From contig JACKGI010000004.1 of assembly GCA_020632015.1 (NCBI GenBank), positions 1-59,852 of the forward strand: DNA of 59,852 nucleotides. Direction: 5' to 3'. The position numbers were made by a program, and so were the translations under genes. Under the pieces are notes generated by a model. The model ran no database searches. It worked only from the letters and a program-made list of their open reading frames with translations, and was not told the origin of the DNA. Origin of the DNA: Candidatus Nomurabacteria bacterium. GTDB lineage: Bacteria; Patescibacteriota; Minisyncoccia; Phycocordibacterales; UBA918. Positions 16,901 to 25,679 of the stretch are shown piece after piece; the stretch's first letter is position 1, and each line of letters begins with the position of its first letter.

Positions 16901-17199
16901 TAAAAAGCCCTCGACGACAATGTCGTGAGGGCCGCAACCTAATGTGTTGGATGTCTTAACTTAGGGCCAAGTCATTGGGCGATTCTCCTTATTGTTGAGT
17001 CGCGGTTAGCGTAACACCCCGATGGTGTCAGCCTGGCCGGCGCCGATTCAGTCCAGGTTCGCGAAATAAAAATCTATGGGTGCGAGTTGCACAGGCGGAT
17101 CTTTCATTGGCGGTCTCCTTAGGAGTCACAAGGCAGGTTGATTAAGGTACTTGAACACGCTCGGCGGTGTCGCGAATATTCGTCCGGCGACACGAGCGT
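16901..17199 (-). ncRNA. candidate ~300-nt structured RNA or leader, class unknown
   Basis: GC-rich ORF-free block. Minus-strand promoter TTGACA-16-TAGTAT with TGC upstream, a 5' hairpin (17157-17199), and a 3' intrinsic terminator (hairpin 16907-16932 plus T-run). Contains a 19-codon ORF (17107..17048) with an AAGGAG RBS. Confidence 0.4.
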
Positions 17200-17205
17200 T
17201 TTTGT

Positions 17206-17233
17206 ATACTAGCACAGTTAAAATATTTGTCAA
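17206..17233 (-). promoter_or_regulatory. near-consensus sigma70 promoter (minus strand)
   Basis: -35 TTGACA (17233..17228), 16-nt spacer, TGC-TAGTAT extended -10 (17211..17206). Confidence 0.5.
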
Positions 17234-17380
17234 CCCCTGAAACGTATGGTGAAATTGTAGGCGTGAAGGCCGGAAGCTTTGCCCTAATTTTTAATGAGTG
17301 TAATAAAATGAAGCGACTATAAAAATGGAAATACTCTGGGGGGTGCGCTTCCGGCCTTCATGCCGTATACTATCCTCACT

Positions 17381-18001
17381 ATGGTTATTTCATATCACGG
17401 CGGTCAGTGTTTTAAAGTTTCGTTTGGTGACACTACAATTGCTTTCAATCCAATTTCTAAAAAATCCAAACTAGATTCACCTAAATTTGGTGCCGATGCA
17501 GCTTTTGTTACCTTATGGCATCCAGATTTCAATGGAGTTGAACAAGTCACTCATGGAGCAAAACAACCTTTTGTGGTTGATGGTCCAGGCGAATACGAAA
17601 TTGGGCAAGTGGTTGCTCATGGTTTTGGAGTAAAGACAACTTACGACAAACTTGAAACATATAACACTATTTACCAAGTAAAGCTTGAGGATATTAATAT
17701 GGTTTTCTTGGGTTCTTTAAGTAATCCAGAAATTGATCCGAAAATTTTAGGAGAATTTGGAGATATCGATATTCTTTTTGTACCAATTGGTGGGGGTGAT
17801 GTTTTGGAGGTACCTCAAGCTTCAAAATTAGCGGTTAAGTTAGAAGCTCGTTTGATTATCCCAATGCAGTACGACGCAACCGCACTGAAAGTATTCTTAA
17901 AAGAAGAGGGCGCAGAAGATGTTAAACCAGTTGATAAGCTAACTCTAAAAAAGAAGGATGTTCGAGAGATGTCTGGAGAGGTCGCCGTTCTTAAAGTGTA
18001 A
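17381..18001 (+). CDS. metallo-beta-lactamase-fold hydrolase (UPF0173-like)
   Basis: MVISYHGGQCFKV... N-terminus and length are typical of UPF0173/UlaG-like MBL-fold proteins. The ORF is open from 17360. Confidence 0.75.
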   Translation: MVISYHGGQCFKVSFGDTTIAFNPISKKSKLDSPKFGADAAFVTLWHPDFNGVEQVTHGAKQPFVVDGPGEYEIGQVVAHGFGVKTTYDKLETYNTIYQVKLEDINMVFLGSLSNPEIDPKILGEFGDIDILFVPIGGGDVLEVPQASKLAVKLEARLIIPMQYDATALKVFLKEEGAEDVKPVDKLTLKKKDVREMSGEVAVLKV

Positions 18002-18006
18002 TAGAT

Positions 18007-18513
18007 ATGATTAAACGCTTCCTCAAAAGTGTTCGTCAAAAACCCAAGTCCTATCGAGATAATATTGCCTTTGTCGCTTCTGGTGTAATCACAGCAGTTA
18101 TTTTTGCAGGCTGGCTGTACAATACGCCAACACGATTAGCTGCTATTGAAGAGAGGCATAAGCAACCGGAAGAAAGAGATACGTCTCCCGGTTTCTCAAG
18201 ATTATTTAGCGGAATCAGTAATCAGGTTGCTAACATAAAAGAATCTATCGTCACTAAAGAAGAGGATGAGACGGTTGTAAGTGAGCTAGACGCTATTGAT
18301 TTTGAGGTTGTTGTACCAGACACCAACAGTACAACTAGTGGTTCATTTGCTTCATCTAGTAAGTATTCGTGGAGTACTCCTGATAATGCTGGGGTGACGA
18401 AAGAGTCTGAGGGGGAAACCGAAAGTAATACAACTACAGGTAGAGAAGTTTTGATAACAACTACCGAATCCTCAAGTTCAACAGCCAGCGAACCATCTGC
18501 AACTAGTCAGTAA
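18007..18513 (+). CDS. hypothetical membrane-anchored Ser/Thr-rich protein
   Basis: One TM helix (IAFVASGVITAVIFAGWLY) and a low-complexity S/T/E tail. Confidence 0.55.
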   Translation: MIKRFLKSVRQKPKSYRDNIAFVASGVITAVIFAGWLYNTPTRLAAIEERHKQPEERDTSPGFSRLFSGISNQVANIKESIVTKEEDETVVSELDAIDFEVVVPDTNSTTSGSFASSSKYSWSTPDNAGVTKESEGETESNTTTGREVLITTTESSSSTASEPSATSQ

Positions 18514-18557
18514 TATGCTATACTGCAGTCTAAATTATTGATTTCTGAAACGTTTGT

Positions 18558-21029
18558 ATGCCGAAAAAAACACCAGCTGAAGAGCCAATCATTCCACAAC
18601 ACAACAAAATCATCACTCAGAGTATTACTGGTGAGATGGAAACTGCGTATCTCGACTATGCAATGTCGGTTATTACACAGCGTGCTCTACCAGATGTACG
18701 AGATGGTCTAAAGCCGGTGCACCGCAGAATTCTGTATTCGATGCGTCTAAACGGACTTACTTCTACTGCTAAGTTCCGCAAGTCAGCGACAGTAGTTGGA
18801 GATGTACTTGGTAGCTTCCATCCCCATGGCGATGCTTCTGTGTACGAGGCTATGGTTAAGCTTGCGCAGGACTTTTCCACACGATATCCACTGGTTATTG
18901 GACAAGGTAACTTTGGATCAATCGACGGTGATTCGGCCGCTGCTTATCGATACACTGAAGCAAAAATGTCTAAAGTCGCCGAAGAACTTCTTAGGGATTT
19001 AGAGAAAGACACGGTTGATTGGCGTCCAAACTTCGACGGAACTAAGAAAGAACCTATCGTTCTTCCGGCTGCCGCCCCAAACCTTCTATTGCTTGGTTCT
19101 CTCGGTATTGCAGTTGGAATGGCGACAAATATTCCTCCGCACAATCTACGTGAGGTAGCCGATGCGGTTTCTCACTTGATTGATAATCCAGACGCTTCTA
19201 CGGATGACCTTTTGAAGTTTGTTCAGGGTCCAGACTTCCCAATGGGCGCAATTGCTTTTGATAAGAAAGCGATTGCCCAAGCTTACGCGACTGGTCGCGG
19301 TGGAGTAGTTGTGCGTGGAGAAGCTGAAATTATAGAAGATAAGCGCGGAGCTTTTTCAATTATCATCACTTCAATTCCGTTTAGGGTTAACAAGGCTGAC
19401 TTACAAGAAAAAATTGCCAACCTTGTAAGAGAGAAGAAGATTGAAGGTATTCGAGAAATGCGTGATGAGTCTACTAGTGATATTCGAGTAGTGATTGAAC
19501 TGAAGACCGGAGCTCAACCTCAGACTGTTCTAAACAAGCTCTACAAACACACTCAGCTTGAGGATACTTTCCATTACAATATGGTGGCTTTGGTGGACGG
19601 AGTGCCACAAACACTTTCCTTAAAGGTAATTCTTCAGGAATACATCAAGCACCGAGTGGAAGTGGTTCGTCGTCGAACAGAGTATGATTTAAATAAAGCA
19701 AAAGACCGAGAACATATATTACTTGGTCTTAAAAAGGCGCTCGACCATATAGATAAAATCATAAAGCTTATTCGAGCTTCTAAGGATGTGCCAACAGCCC
19801 ACGCCGCCTTGATGAAAGAGTTTAAGTTTTCACCTATTCAAGCGCAGGCGATTCTTGACATGCGACTCCAGAAACTAGCTGGACTTGAACGAAAGAAGAT
19901 AGAAGATGAACTAGCAGCGGTTCAAAAGCTAATCAAGGAGCTAGAAGCTATTTTGAAGAGTAAAGCTAAGATGCTTAAGATTATCAAAGATGATCTTCTT
20001 GAAGTAGCAGAAAAATTTGGTGATGATCGTCGAACCAAGATCGTGAAAGGGGGAGTAAAACAACTCAATCCTGAGGACTTGGTGCCAGACGATGAAAGTG
20101 TTTTGGTACTTACTAAAGGTGGTTATGTTAAGCGTACAAATCCAGCTGAATACAAAGTCCAAAGAAGAGGTGGGGTTGGAGTTGTTGATTTAAATACCAA
20201 AGAAGAAGATGTGGTAACAAATCTAATTACAACTTCTGCTCACAGTGACTTGTTGTTCTTCACGGATGCTGGAAAAGTGTATCAGTGCAAGATGTACGAA
20301 ATTCCTGAAGGAAGAAGAGCAACTAAAGGAAAGTCGATTATGAACTTCTTGTCTATGAACGCGGAAGAGAGAGTCACTTCTGTACTAGCTGTCAGAAAAG
20401 AAGATTGGGATGGTGACTGGTCGCTAATGATGGTTACCAAGAATGGTATTGCCAAGAAGAGTGATGCGGCTGCCTTTAAAGATGTTAGACGCAGTGGCTT
20501 GATTGCTATCACTCTGAAAGATGATGATTCGCTGATAGACGCATTGTTTGTAGGTAAGAAAGATGAAGTTTCTCTTATTACTGAAAAGGGGCAAGCAATC
20601 CGTTTCAAAGAAAGCGATGTTAGACAAATGGGAAGAACTGCAGCAGGGGTGACGGCTATGAAACTTGGAAAGGGGGATAAGGTTATGTCTGCAGATGTAT
20701 TGAGTGAGAAAGATAAAGACAGAGAGATACTGATTGTGACAGAGCATGGTTACGGAAAGACAACTCCAGCCAAAGAATATAAGGTGCAAAAGCGAGGAGG
20801 TTCAGGTATCAAGACAGCAAAGGTAACTGACAAGACTGGCTCTATCGTAAGAGGAATAGTGTTAACAGGAGAAGAGCGAGAAGATGGAGAGTTAGTGATT
20901 ATGAGTAAGAAGGGGCAGGTGATTAAACTCCCTCTCAAACAAGTGCCAACTCTAGGCAGACAAACTCAAGGTGTCCGAGTAATGAAGATGCGAGCCGGAG
21001 ATTCAATTGCCAGTGTGGTGTTTGTTTAG
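18558..21029 (+). CDS. gyrA: DNA gyrase subunit A
   Basis: [19 protein letters not shown], active-site [11 protein letters not shown]-terminal beta-pinwheel repeats, 823 aa. Confidence 0.97.
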   Translation: MPKKTPAEEPIIPQHNKIITQSITGEMETAYLDYAMSVITQRALPDVRDGLKPVHRRILYSMRLNGLTSTAKFRKSATVVGDVLGSFHPHGDASVYEAMVKLAQDFSTRYPLVIGQGNFGSIDGDSAAAYRYTEAKMSKVAEELLRDLEKDTVDWRPNFDGTKKEPIVLPAAAPNLLLLGSLGIAVGMATNIPPHNLREVADAVSHLIDNPDASTDDLLKFVQGPDFPMGAIAFDKKAIAQAYATGRGGVVVRGEAEIIEDKRGAFSIIITSIPFRVNKADLQEKIANLVREKKIEGIREMRDESTSDIRVVIELKTGAQPQTVLNKLYKHTQLEDTFHYNMVALVDGVPQTLSLKVILQEYIKHRVEVVRRRTEYDLNKAKDREHILLGLKKALDHIDKIIKLIRASKDVPTAHAALMKEFKFSPIQAQAILDMRLQKLAGLERKKIEDELAAVQKLIKELEAILKSKAKMLKIIKDDLLEVAEKFGDDRRTKIVKGGVKQLNPEDLVPDDESVLVLTKGGYVKRTNPAEYKVQRRGGVGVVDLNTKEEDVVTNLITTSAHSDLLFFTDAGKVYQCKMYEIPEGRRATKGKSIMNFLSMNAEERVTSVLAVRKEDWDGDWSLMMVTKNGIAKKSDAAAFKDVRRSGLIAITLKDDDSLIDALFVGKKDEVSLITEKGQAIRFKESDVRQMGRTAAGVTAMKLGKGDKVMSADVLSEKDKDREILIVTEHGYGKTTPAKEYKVQKRGGSGIKTAKVTDKTGSIVRGIVLTGEEREDGELVIMSKKGQVIKLPLKQVPTLGRQTQGVRVMKMRAGDSIASVVFV

Positions 21030-21034
21030 AAAAG

Positions 21035-21065
21035 AAAAGGCCGGCCCCGAAGGGGCCGGCCTTTT
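21035..21065. terminator. bidirectional intrinsic terminator after gyrA
   Basis: AAAAGGCCGGCCCC-GAA-GGGGCCGGCCTTTT. Confidence 0.7.
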
Positions 21066-21117
21066 CTTTTCACACCAATGTACGAATCATACTTACTTCA
21101 CGTGTATAATATAAATA

Positions 21118-21666
21118 ATGAATACACCAATTGGCGGGCAGTTTGTTATGCCCGATATAGTAGTTTCACACTTCCATCTACGTGAAGGAGATTTGGTTGC
21201 AGATTTTGGAGCGGGTAGTGGTTTCTTTTTAAAACCTCTGTCGCAAGCTGTCGGTGAGACCGGCAGGGTCTTTGCGTGTGAAATCCAAAAAGTCTTGGTT
21301 GAAAAACTAGGTGACCAAGCAAGGTTACAAGGTTTATCTAACGTACATCCATTATGGTGTGATCTTGAAGAGTCTAACGGCATAAAGATTGGAACAAATG
21401 AACTTGATGTCGCCATTATGGTAAACACTCTTTTCATGATTGAGGACAAAGATACCGCAGTCGCAGAGATGGGACGAACTGTTCGCACAGGTGGAAAGTT
21501 TTTTGTGATTGACTGGACCGAGTCATTCGCAGGTATGGGACCTGCTCCAGATCATGTGGTTAGTGCAGAAGAAGCTACGATACTCTTCGAAAAGAATGGT
21601 TTTGTGTTCGAGCGAGAGTATCCAGCAGGTGGACATCATTATGGTTTAGCATTTCGTAAAGTATGA
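21118..21666 (+). CDS. class I SAM-dependent methyltransferase
   Basis: Motif I VADFGAGSGFF, 182 aa. Confidence 0.8.
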   Translation: MNTPIGGQFVMPDIVVSHFHLREGDLVADFGAGSGFFLKPLSQAVGETGRVFACEIQKVLVEKLGDQARLQGLSNVHPLWCDLEESNGIKIGTNELDVAIMVNTLFMIEDKDTAVAEMGRTVRTGGKFFVIDWTESFAGMGPAPDHVVSAEEATILFEKNGFVFEREYPAGGHHYGLAFRKV

Positions 21667-22973
21667 AACTCCGACCCTTTGAATTAGCCTTAGTTATAGT
21701 TTTTATCGGTCTAGCTCTTTTGGCATTAGTGATGCTGGCAACCGCTGATCCAAAAAAATCCAAATCTGATGACGGACAGACAGTTGTCGGCTATGTAACT
21801 ATCTGGGGTACGTTACCAGCTGAATCTATAAACAGCATTCTGTCTGAAATATCTAAGGAAAACGAAGCCTACAAAGATGTCATCTACAAATACTACAATC
21901 CAGACGACTTCGACAACGTACTAGTTAATGCGCTAGCAGACGGAACTGGTCCCGATTTGGTGCTGATTTCCCATGAGAAATTAGTAGAAACCCGTAAACG
22001 AATACAACCCGTTTCTTATGAATCTTTCCCGATTAGAAATATCCGAGATTCATATTTAGACGGAGCACAAATCTTTGCTCTTGATGACGGCCTGTATGGT
22101 TATCCTATCGCTGTGGATCCAATAATGATGTACTGGAACAGAGATATCTTTGCGAACAAGGATTTGTTGTCTGCTCCTGCTACTTGGGAAGATTTAGTAA
22201 ACTCAGTATTTCCAAAGTTAATTGAGCGGGATTCTGACAGAACGATTAGACAAAGTGTGGTGGCGATGGGTGAGTATGACAACGTCCGTAATGCTTTTGG
22301 AATACTATCGACTCTTTTAATTCAGGGGGGTTCAGAGAGGGTGACGATCGATAAGGTCGGGCGATACCAAGTAAAGCTACAGATGTCAGAAACAGGAAAG
22401 GGTGACCCCTTGCGTGCCGCAGCAGATTTCTACACTCGCTTCAGTAAACCTAGCAACGCCCTATATTCATGGAATCGTTCATTTAAGGACGACAGACTAG
22501 AATTCGTATCAGAGAATTTGGCTATTTACTTTGGTTACGGAAGTGAAGGTAGACAGTTAGAAAAAATAAATCCAAACTTCAATTTCGATATAGCAGAAGT
22601 TCCGCAGGGGGCAGAAGCAACAGTGAGAAGAACCTACGGTAAGTTCTACGCCCTGTCGCTCCTTAAGACATCAGATAACAAGGTCGGCGCCAGCGCAGCT
22701 ATGACCAAGTTGGCTGGCGCCACAGTGGCTACCGAAATCGCCATACGAAATAACCTAGTTCCAGCTTATCGTAACGCTGTTTTACAAGGTAGTAACGATA
22801 CTTTTGGTCGACTAAATTATAAATCAGCGGCAGTGGCGCTAGGGTGGCTTAATCCTGATTTGTCCGCTTCTAACCAAATATTCTCAACAATGACACAAGA
22901 CATTAATGAAAACAGACGAGACTTAGACAGCGCTGTCTTAGATGCTTCAAAGAGATTGGGTAATGAATATTAA
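21663..22973 (+). CDS. extracellular solute-binding protein (ABC family 1-like), membrane anchored
   Basis: N-terminal TM anchor and SBP-like blocks GTGPDLVLISHEKL and YGYPIAVDPIMMYWNRDIF. Confidence 0.7.
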   Translation: MKLRPFELALVIVFIGLALLALVMLATADPKKSKSDDGQTVVGYVTIWGTLPAESINSILSEISKENEAYKDVIYKYYNPDDFDNVLVNALADGTGPDLVLISHEKLVETRKRIQPVSYESFPIRNIRDSYLDGAQIFALDDGLYGYPIAVDPIMMYWNRDIFANKDLLSAPATWEDLVNSVFPKLIERDSDRTIRQSVVAMGEYDNVRNAFGILSTLLIQGGSERVTIDKVGRYQVKLQMSETGKGDPLRAAADFYTRFSKPSNALYSWNRSFKDDRLEFVSENLAIYFGYGSEGRQLEKINPNFNFDIAEVPQGAEATVRRTYGKFYALSLLKTSDNKVGASAAMTKLAGATVATEIAIRNNLVPAYRNAVLQGSNDTFGRLNYKSAAVALGWLNPDLSASNQIFSTMTQDINENRRDLDSAVLDASKRLGNEY

Positions 22974-22977
22974 TGTT

Positions 22978-23610
22978 ATGAAAAAAATACTACTTTATAC
23001 TTTTGGTTTCCTAACTATCGCTCTGGCACAAGCATATCCATCGACGGCGCTAGCTGAACCATGTGGTACTGGTTCAACTGATCCCCAGTGTGAGTGCACT
23101 TCTCCAAGGGTACCCATGCAATCCACTGTGACAGGGATTTATACTTGCCAACTTCCTGGTATAGCAGAGACTAATAATTGTACAGGATCACAATCAATAA
23201 ATAGTTGTTCGTGTGGTGCAGGGTACACTAAAGCGTGTGACGCTTTAGGTAACAACTGCACTTGTAATGGTAATCCTTCTAACTCCCAAAGTCCATTTGA
23301 GGCTGGAGAAGGAGCGGGACTAAAGGAAAATCCGGGGATAACTTTTAAGCTTACTAGTCCGATTAACGTCACTACTTTCGAAGGCTTACTGTCATCTCTC
23401 CTAAACATTTTCTTGGTTATTGCGACACCAATAATTGTGTTGTTTATAATCTACGCTGGTTTCCTATATGTAACAGCTCGAGGCAATGCAGAACAAACCA
23501 AGCAGGCTACAAAAGCCCTGACTTACGCTATCATCGGCGGAGTCATTTTGCTTGGTTCAGTGGCGATTGCCGAAATTGTTAAAAACGTAGTTGAGGCTTT
23601 TAGAGCCTAA
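22978..23610 (+). CDS. VirB2/TrbC-like pilin-family membrane protein, paralog 1 (Cys-rich N-terminal extension)
   Basis: Signal peptide MKKILLYTFGFLTIALAQA, a Cys-rich region, then the family core IATPIIVLFIIYAGFLYVTARGNAEQTKQATKALTYAIIGGVILLGSVAI. Confidence 0.7.
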   Translation: MKKILLYTFGFLTIALAQAYPSTALAEPCGTGSTDPQCECTSPRVPMQSTVTGIYTCQLPGIAETNNCTGSQSINSCSCGAGYTKACDALGNNCTCNGNPSNSQSPFEAGEGAGLKENPGITFKLTSPINVTTFEGLLSSLLNIFLVIATPIIVLFIIYAGFLYVTARGNAEQTKQATKALTYAIIGGVILLGSVAIAEIVKNVVEAFRA

Positions 23611-23616
23611 ATCTCT

Positions 23617-23880
23617 ATGGAAAATTTTGATAACCCACTAACTTTTCCAAGCATTTCGGACCTCTTAGTTGCGGTCCTAAATGTAATGATTGTCATTGCT
23701 ACACCGATTGTGGTTTTCTTCATTATTTATGCTGGGTTTATGTATGTCACAGCCAAAGGTAAGGCAGAGCAGATTCAACAAGCTTCACGCGCTCTTACAT
23801 ATGGAGTTATCGGTGGAGTTATCATTATTGGTTCAATCGCGATTACTCAGATTGTTCAGAACGTAGTAAATTCCTTTTAA
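23617..23880 (+). CDS. VirB2/TrbC-like pilin-family membrane protein, paralog 2
   Basis: Core IATPIVVFFIIYAGFMYVTAKGKAEQIQQASRALTYGVIGGVIIIGSIAI, near-identical in pattern to paralog 1. Confidence 0.7.
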   Translation: MENFDNPLTFPSISDLLVAVLNVMIVIATPIVVFFIIYAGFMYVTAKGKAEQIQQASRALTYGVIGGVIIIGSIAITQIVQNVVNSF

Positions 23881-23890
23881 GTTTTAAATT

Positions 23891-24148
23891 ATGCCATCAA
23901 CACCAACCACCTACGAAGAACTAGTTCTCTTCTTTGTTGATTTAATAAATGTAATCATCCCGACTATTTTTGGTTGTTTGTTTGTTTATTTTGTTTGGAA
24001 GATGATTGACGCATGGGTCCTTCATGCAGGAGACGAGAAGAGTCGAGAAGAAGGGAAGAGGTACGCCGTGACAGCAGTGATTGTGTTTGTGGTTATGGTA
24101 AGCGCATGGGGAATTGTGGCCATGATTAAGCAGTCAATCTTTGGCTAA
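23891..24148 (+). CDS. VirB2/TrbC-like pilin-family membrane protein, paralog 3 (divergent)
   Basis: Same helix - polar loop (AGDEKSREEGKR) - helix architecture, 85 aa. Confidence 0.55.
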   Translation: MPSTPTTYEELVLFFVDLINVIIPTIFGCLFVYFVWKMIDAWVLHAGDEKSREEGKRYAVTAVIVFVVMVSAWGIVAMIKQSIFG

Positions 24149-24223
24149 TTATAAGCTCGCACCCTTTACATTTAGAATTATTTAGGTACAGTTTATATCA
24201 ACAACGTAATATATATTAATAAT

Positions 24224-24601
24224 ATGAAAAAGATTTTATCATCTCTACTTCTGATTCCAGCAGTATTTCTACCACTTGTCTCATCAGCCCAAATTGCAAA
24301 TTCTTCTGATGCTGGCCCGTTTCAAGCATTGCTAGTCAATATCGTTACTTTTATTAATGATATTTTAATTCCGTTTATTATCGCAATCGGATTCCTATTC
24401 TTTGTTTGGGGGATGTTCCTTTACTTTATTTTAGGTGGAGCGGATGATGAAAAGAAGCTAAAAGGAAGGAGTTTAATGATTCACGCTACAATTGGTTTTG
24501 TAGTAATCATCATTTTCTTCGGAGTTGTAAACTTACTTACTTCTAGTACAGGGCTAGAAGGAGAGGCGCTCAGGAATATTCCGGCAGTAGAGATTCCGTA
24601 G
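24224..24601 (+). CDS. VirB2/TrbC-like pilin-family membrane protein, paralog 4
   Basis: Signal peptide, then LIPFIIAIGFLFFVWGMFLYFILGGADDEKKLKGRSLMIHATIGFVVIIIFFGVVN. Confidence 0.65.
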   Translation: MKKILSSLLLIPAVFLPLVSSAQIANSSDAGPFQALLVNIVTFINDILIPFIIAIGFLFFVWGMFLYFILGGADDEKKLKGRSLMIHATIGFVVIIIFFGVVNLLTSSTGLEGEALRNIPAVEIP

Positions 24602-24693
24602 TAAACAGTGAATAACTAATTTGTCTACAGTAATCTATGGCCTATAATTATAGGTAAACGTTATAACGTTATAAATTTAAATAGAAAATACGT

Positions 24694-25089
24694 ATGAAAA
24701 GAATTGGGTACATGATTGGAGGCTCAAGTTCAATCGCTCTTGCAGCACCATTGTTGGCTTTTGCACAGATTGCAGATCAAGCAAACGCAGGTGGTTTTGA
24801 GCAACTTTTGAGAAACATCCTTGAGTTTACAAATGGAGTTTTGATTCCATTTATTATCGGTATCGGTTTCCTTGTTTTTGTATGGGGAATGTTCCGATAC
24901 TTCATCGCTGGTGGAGCAAATGACGAAGCAAAGGCAAGCGGAAAGAGTTTAATGATCTACGCAACTCTAGGGTTCGTATTGATTATTGTGTTCTGGGGAA
25001 TCATCAACCTTATCAGCGGCAGTCTATTTTCAGACAGCGACACTCTAGATCAAAACCTAGTACCAAAGGTAGACAACCTGCTCCCATAG
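24694..25089 (+). CDS. VirB2/TrbC-like pilin-family membrane protein, paralog 5
   Basis: LIPFIIGIGFLVFVWGMFRYFIAGGANDEAKASGKSLMIYATLGFVLIIVFWGIIN, close to paralog 4. Confidence 0.65.
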   Translation: MKRIGYMIGGSSSIALAAPLLAFAQIADQANAGGFEQLLRNILEFTNGVLIPFIIGIGFLVFVWGMFRYFIAGGANDEAKASGKSLMIYATLGFVLIIVFWGIINLISGSLFSDSDTLDQNLVPKVDNLLP

Positions 25090-25113
25090 TATTTTCAGAT
25101 ACTCATTGAAACA

Positions 25114-25136
25114 AAAACCACCTTCGGGTGGTTTTT
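25114..25136 (+). terminator. intrinsic terminator after paralog 5
   Basis: AAAAACCACC-TTCG-GGTGGTTTTT. Confidence 0.6.
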
Positions 25137-25184
25137 GTTTGGATAAATAATTAAGTGAAGTTTTATTTGTGATAAGATTTCAGT

Positions 25185-25610
25185 ATGGATCCACAACAGC
25201 AAGCAGCTAAAGAAGCAGCAGATTTCGTCACCAAGTTTAATGACATAATTCTTTTTCCCACCATCACACTACTTAGTGCAGTAGCTTTTTTAGTTTTTGT
25301 TTGGGGTTGTGTTGAGTACTTTATTGGTGCTGCTAATGAATCTAAGAGACAAGAGGGTGTTAAGCATATCACCTATGGGATTATCGGCTTGGTGGTAATG
25401 GTTTCAGCCTACGCTATTCTCGCCATCGCTACAGCAACCTTTGCGCTAGATGACGAACTAGAATGCGCCAACAACCCAACTGCTGCTCAGTGTACAAATG
25501 TGTTTAAGATACCTGATGGCGGAGGTGGCCCAGTTGTTCCAAATAGCGGCGGCGGAGGAGGCCCTGTTGTGCCAGGCGGAGGCGGCGGAGGTGGCCCAGT
25601 TGTTCCGTAA
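25185..25610 (+). CDS. VirB2/TrbC-like pilin-family membrane protein, paralog 6, with Gly/Pro repeat tail
   Basis: Core LLSAVAFLVFVWGCVEYFIGAANESKRQEGVKHITYGIIGLVVMVSAYAI. C-terminus carries three GGGGPVVP repeats. Confidence 0.65.
   Translation: MDPQQQAAKEAADFVTKFNDIILFPTITLLSAVAFLVFVWGCVEYFIGAANESKRQEGVKHITYGIIGLVVMVSAYAILAIATATFALDDELECANNPTAAQCTNVFKIPDGGGGPVVPNSGGGGGPVVPGGGGGGGPVVP
25518..25607 (+). repeat. three imperfect tandem repeats encoding (G)nPVVP
   Basis: GGCGGAGGTGGCCCAGTTGTTCC recurs three times with variable Gly-codon runs. Confidence 0.7.
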
Positions 25611-25624
25611 TATCTATTTATAAA

Positions 25625-25650
25625 AAAGCCCTTGCGAACGCAAGGGCTTT
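25625..25650. terminator. bidirectional terminator between convergent genes
   Basis: AAAGCCCTTGCG-AA-CGCAAGGGCTTT. Confidence 0.6.
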
Positions 25651-25679
25651 GAGTTAAAGAGCGAAGGAGATAACACCTG

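Noticed and set aside
16901-17199. Considered RNase P RNA, tmRNA, SRP RNA or 6S RNA for the GC-rich block.
   Set aside because: There is no GGAAAGTCC/ACAGAA (RNase P), no GGGG...TTCGA...CCACCA tRNA-like ends (tmRNA), and no GGAA-tetraloop/AGCAGC domain IV (SRP). 6S cannot be judged by eye. Left as unknown class.
21093-21110. Possible parS half-site (TTCACGTG) upstream of the methyltransferase gene.
   Set aside because: Only one half of the TGTTTCACGTGAAACA palindrome is present, which is most likely chance.
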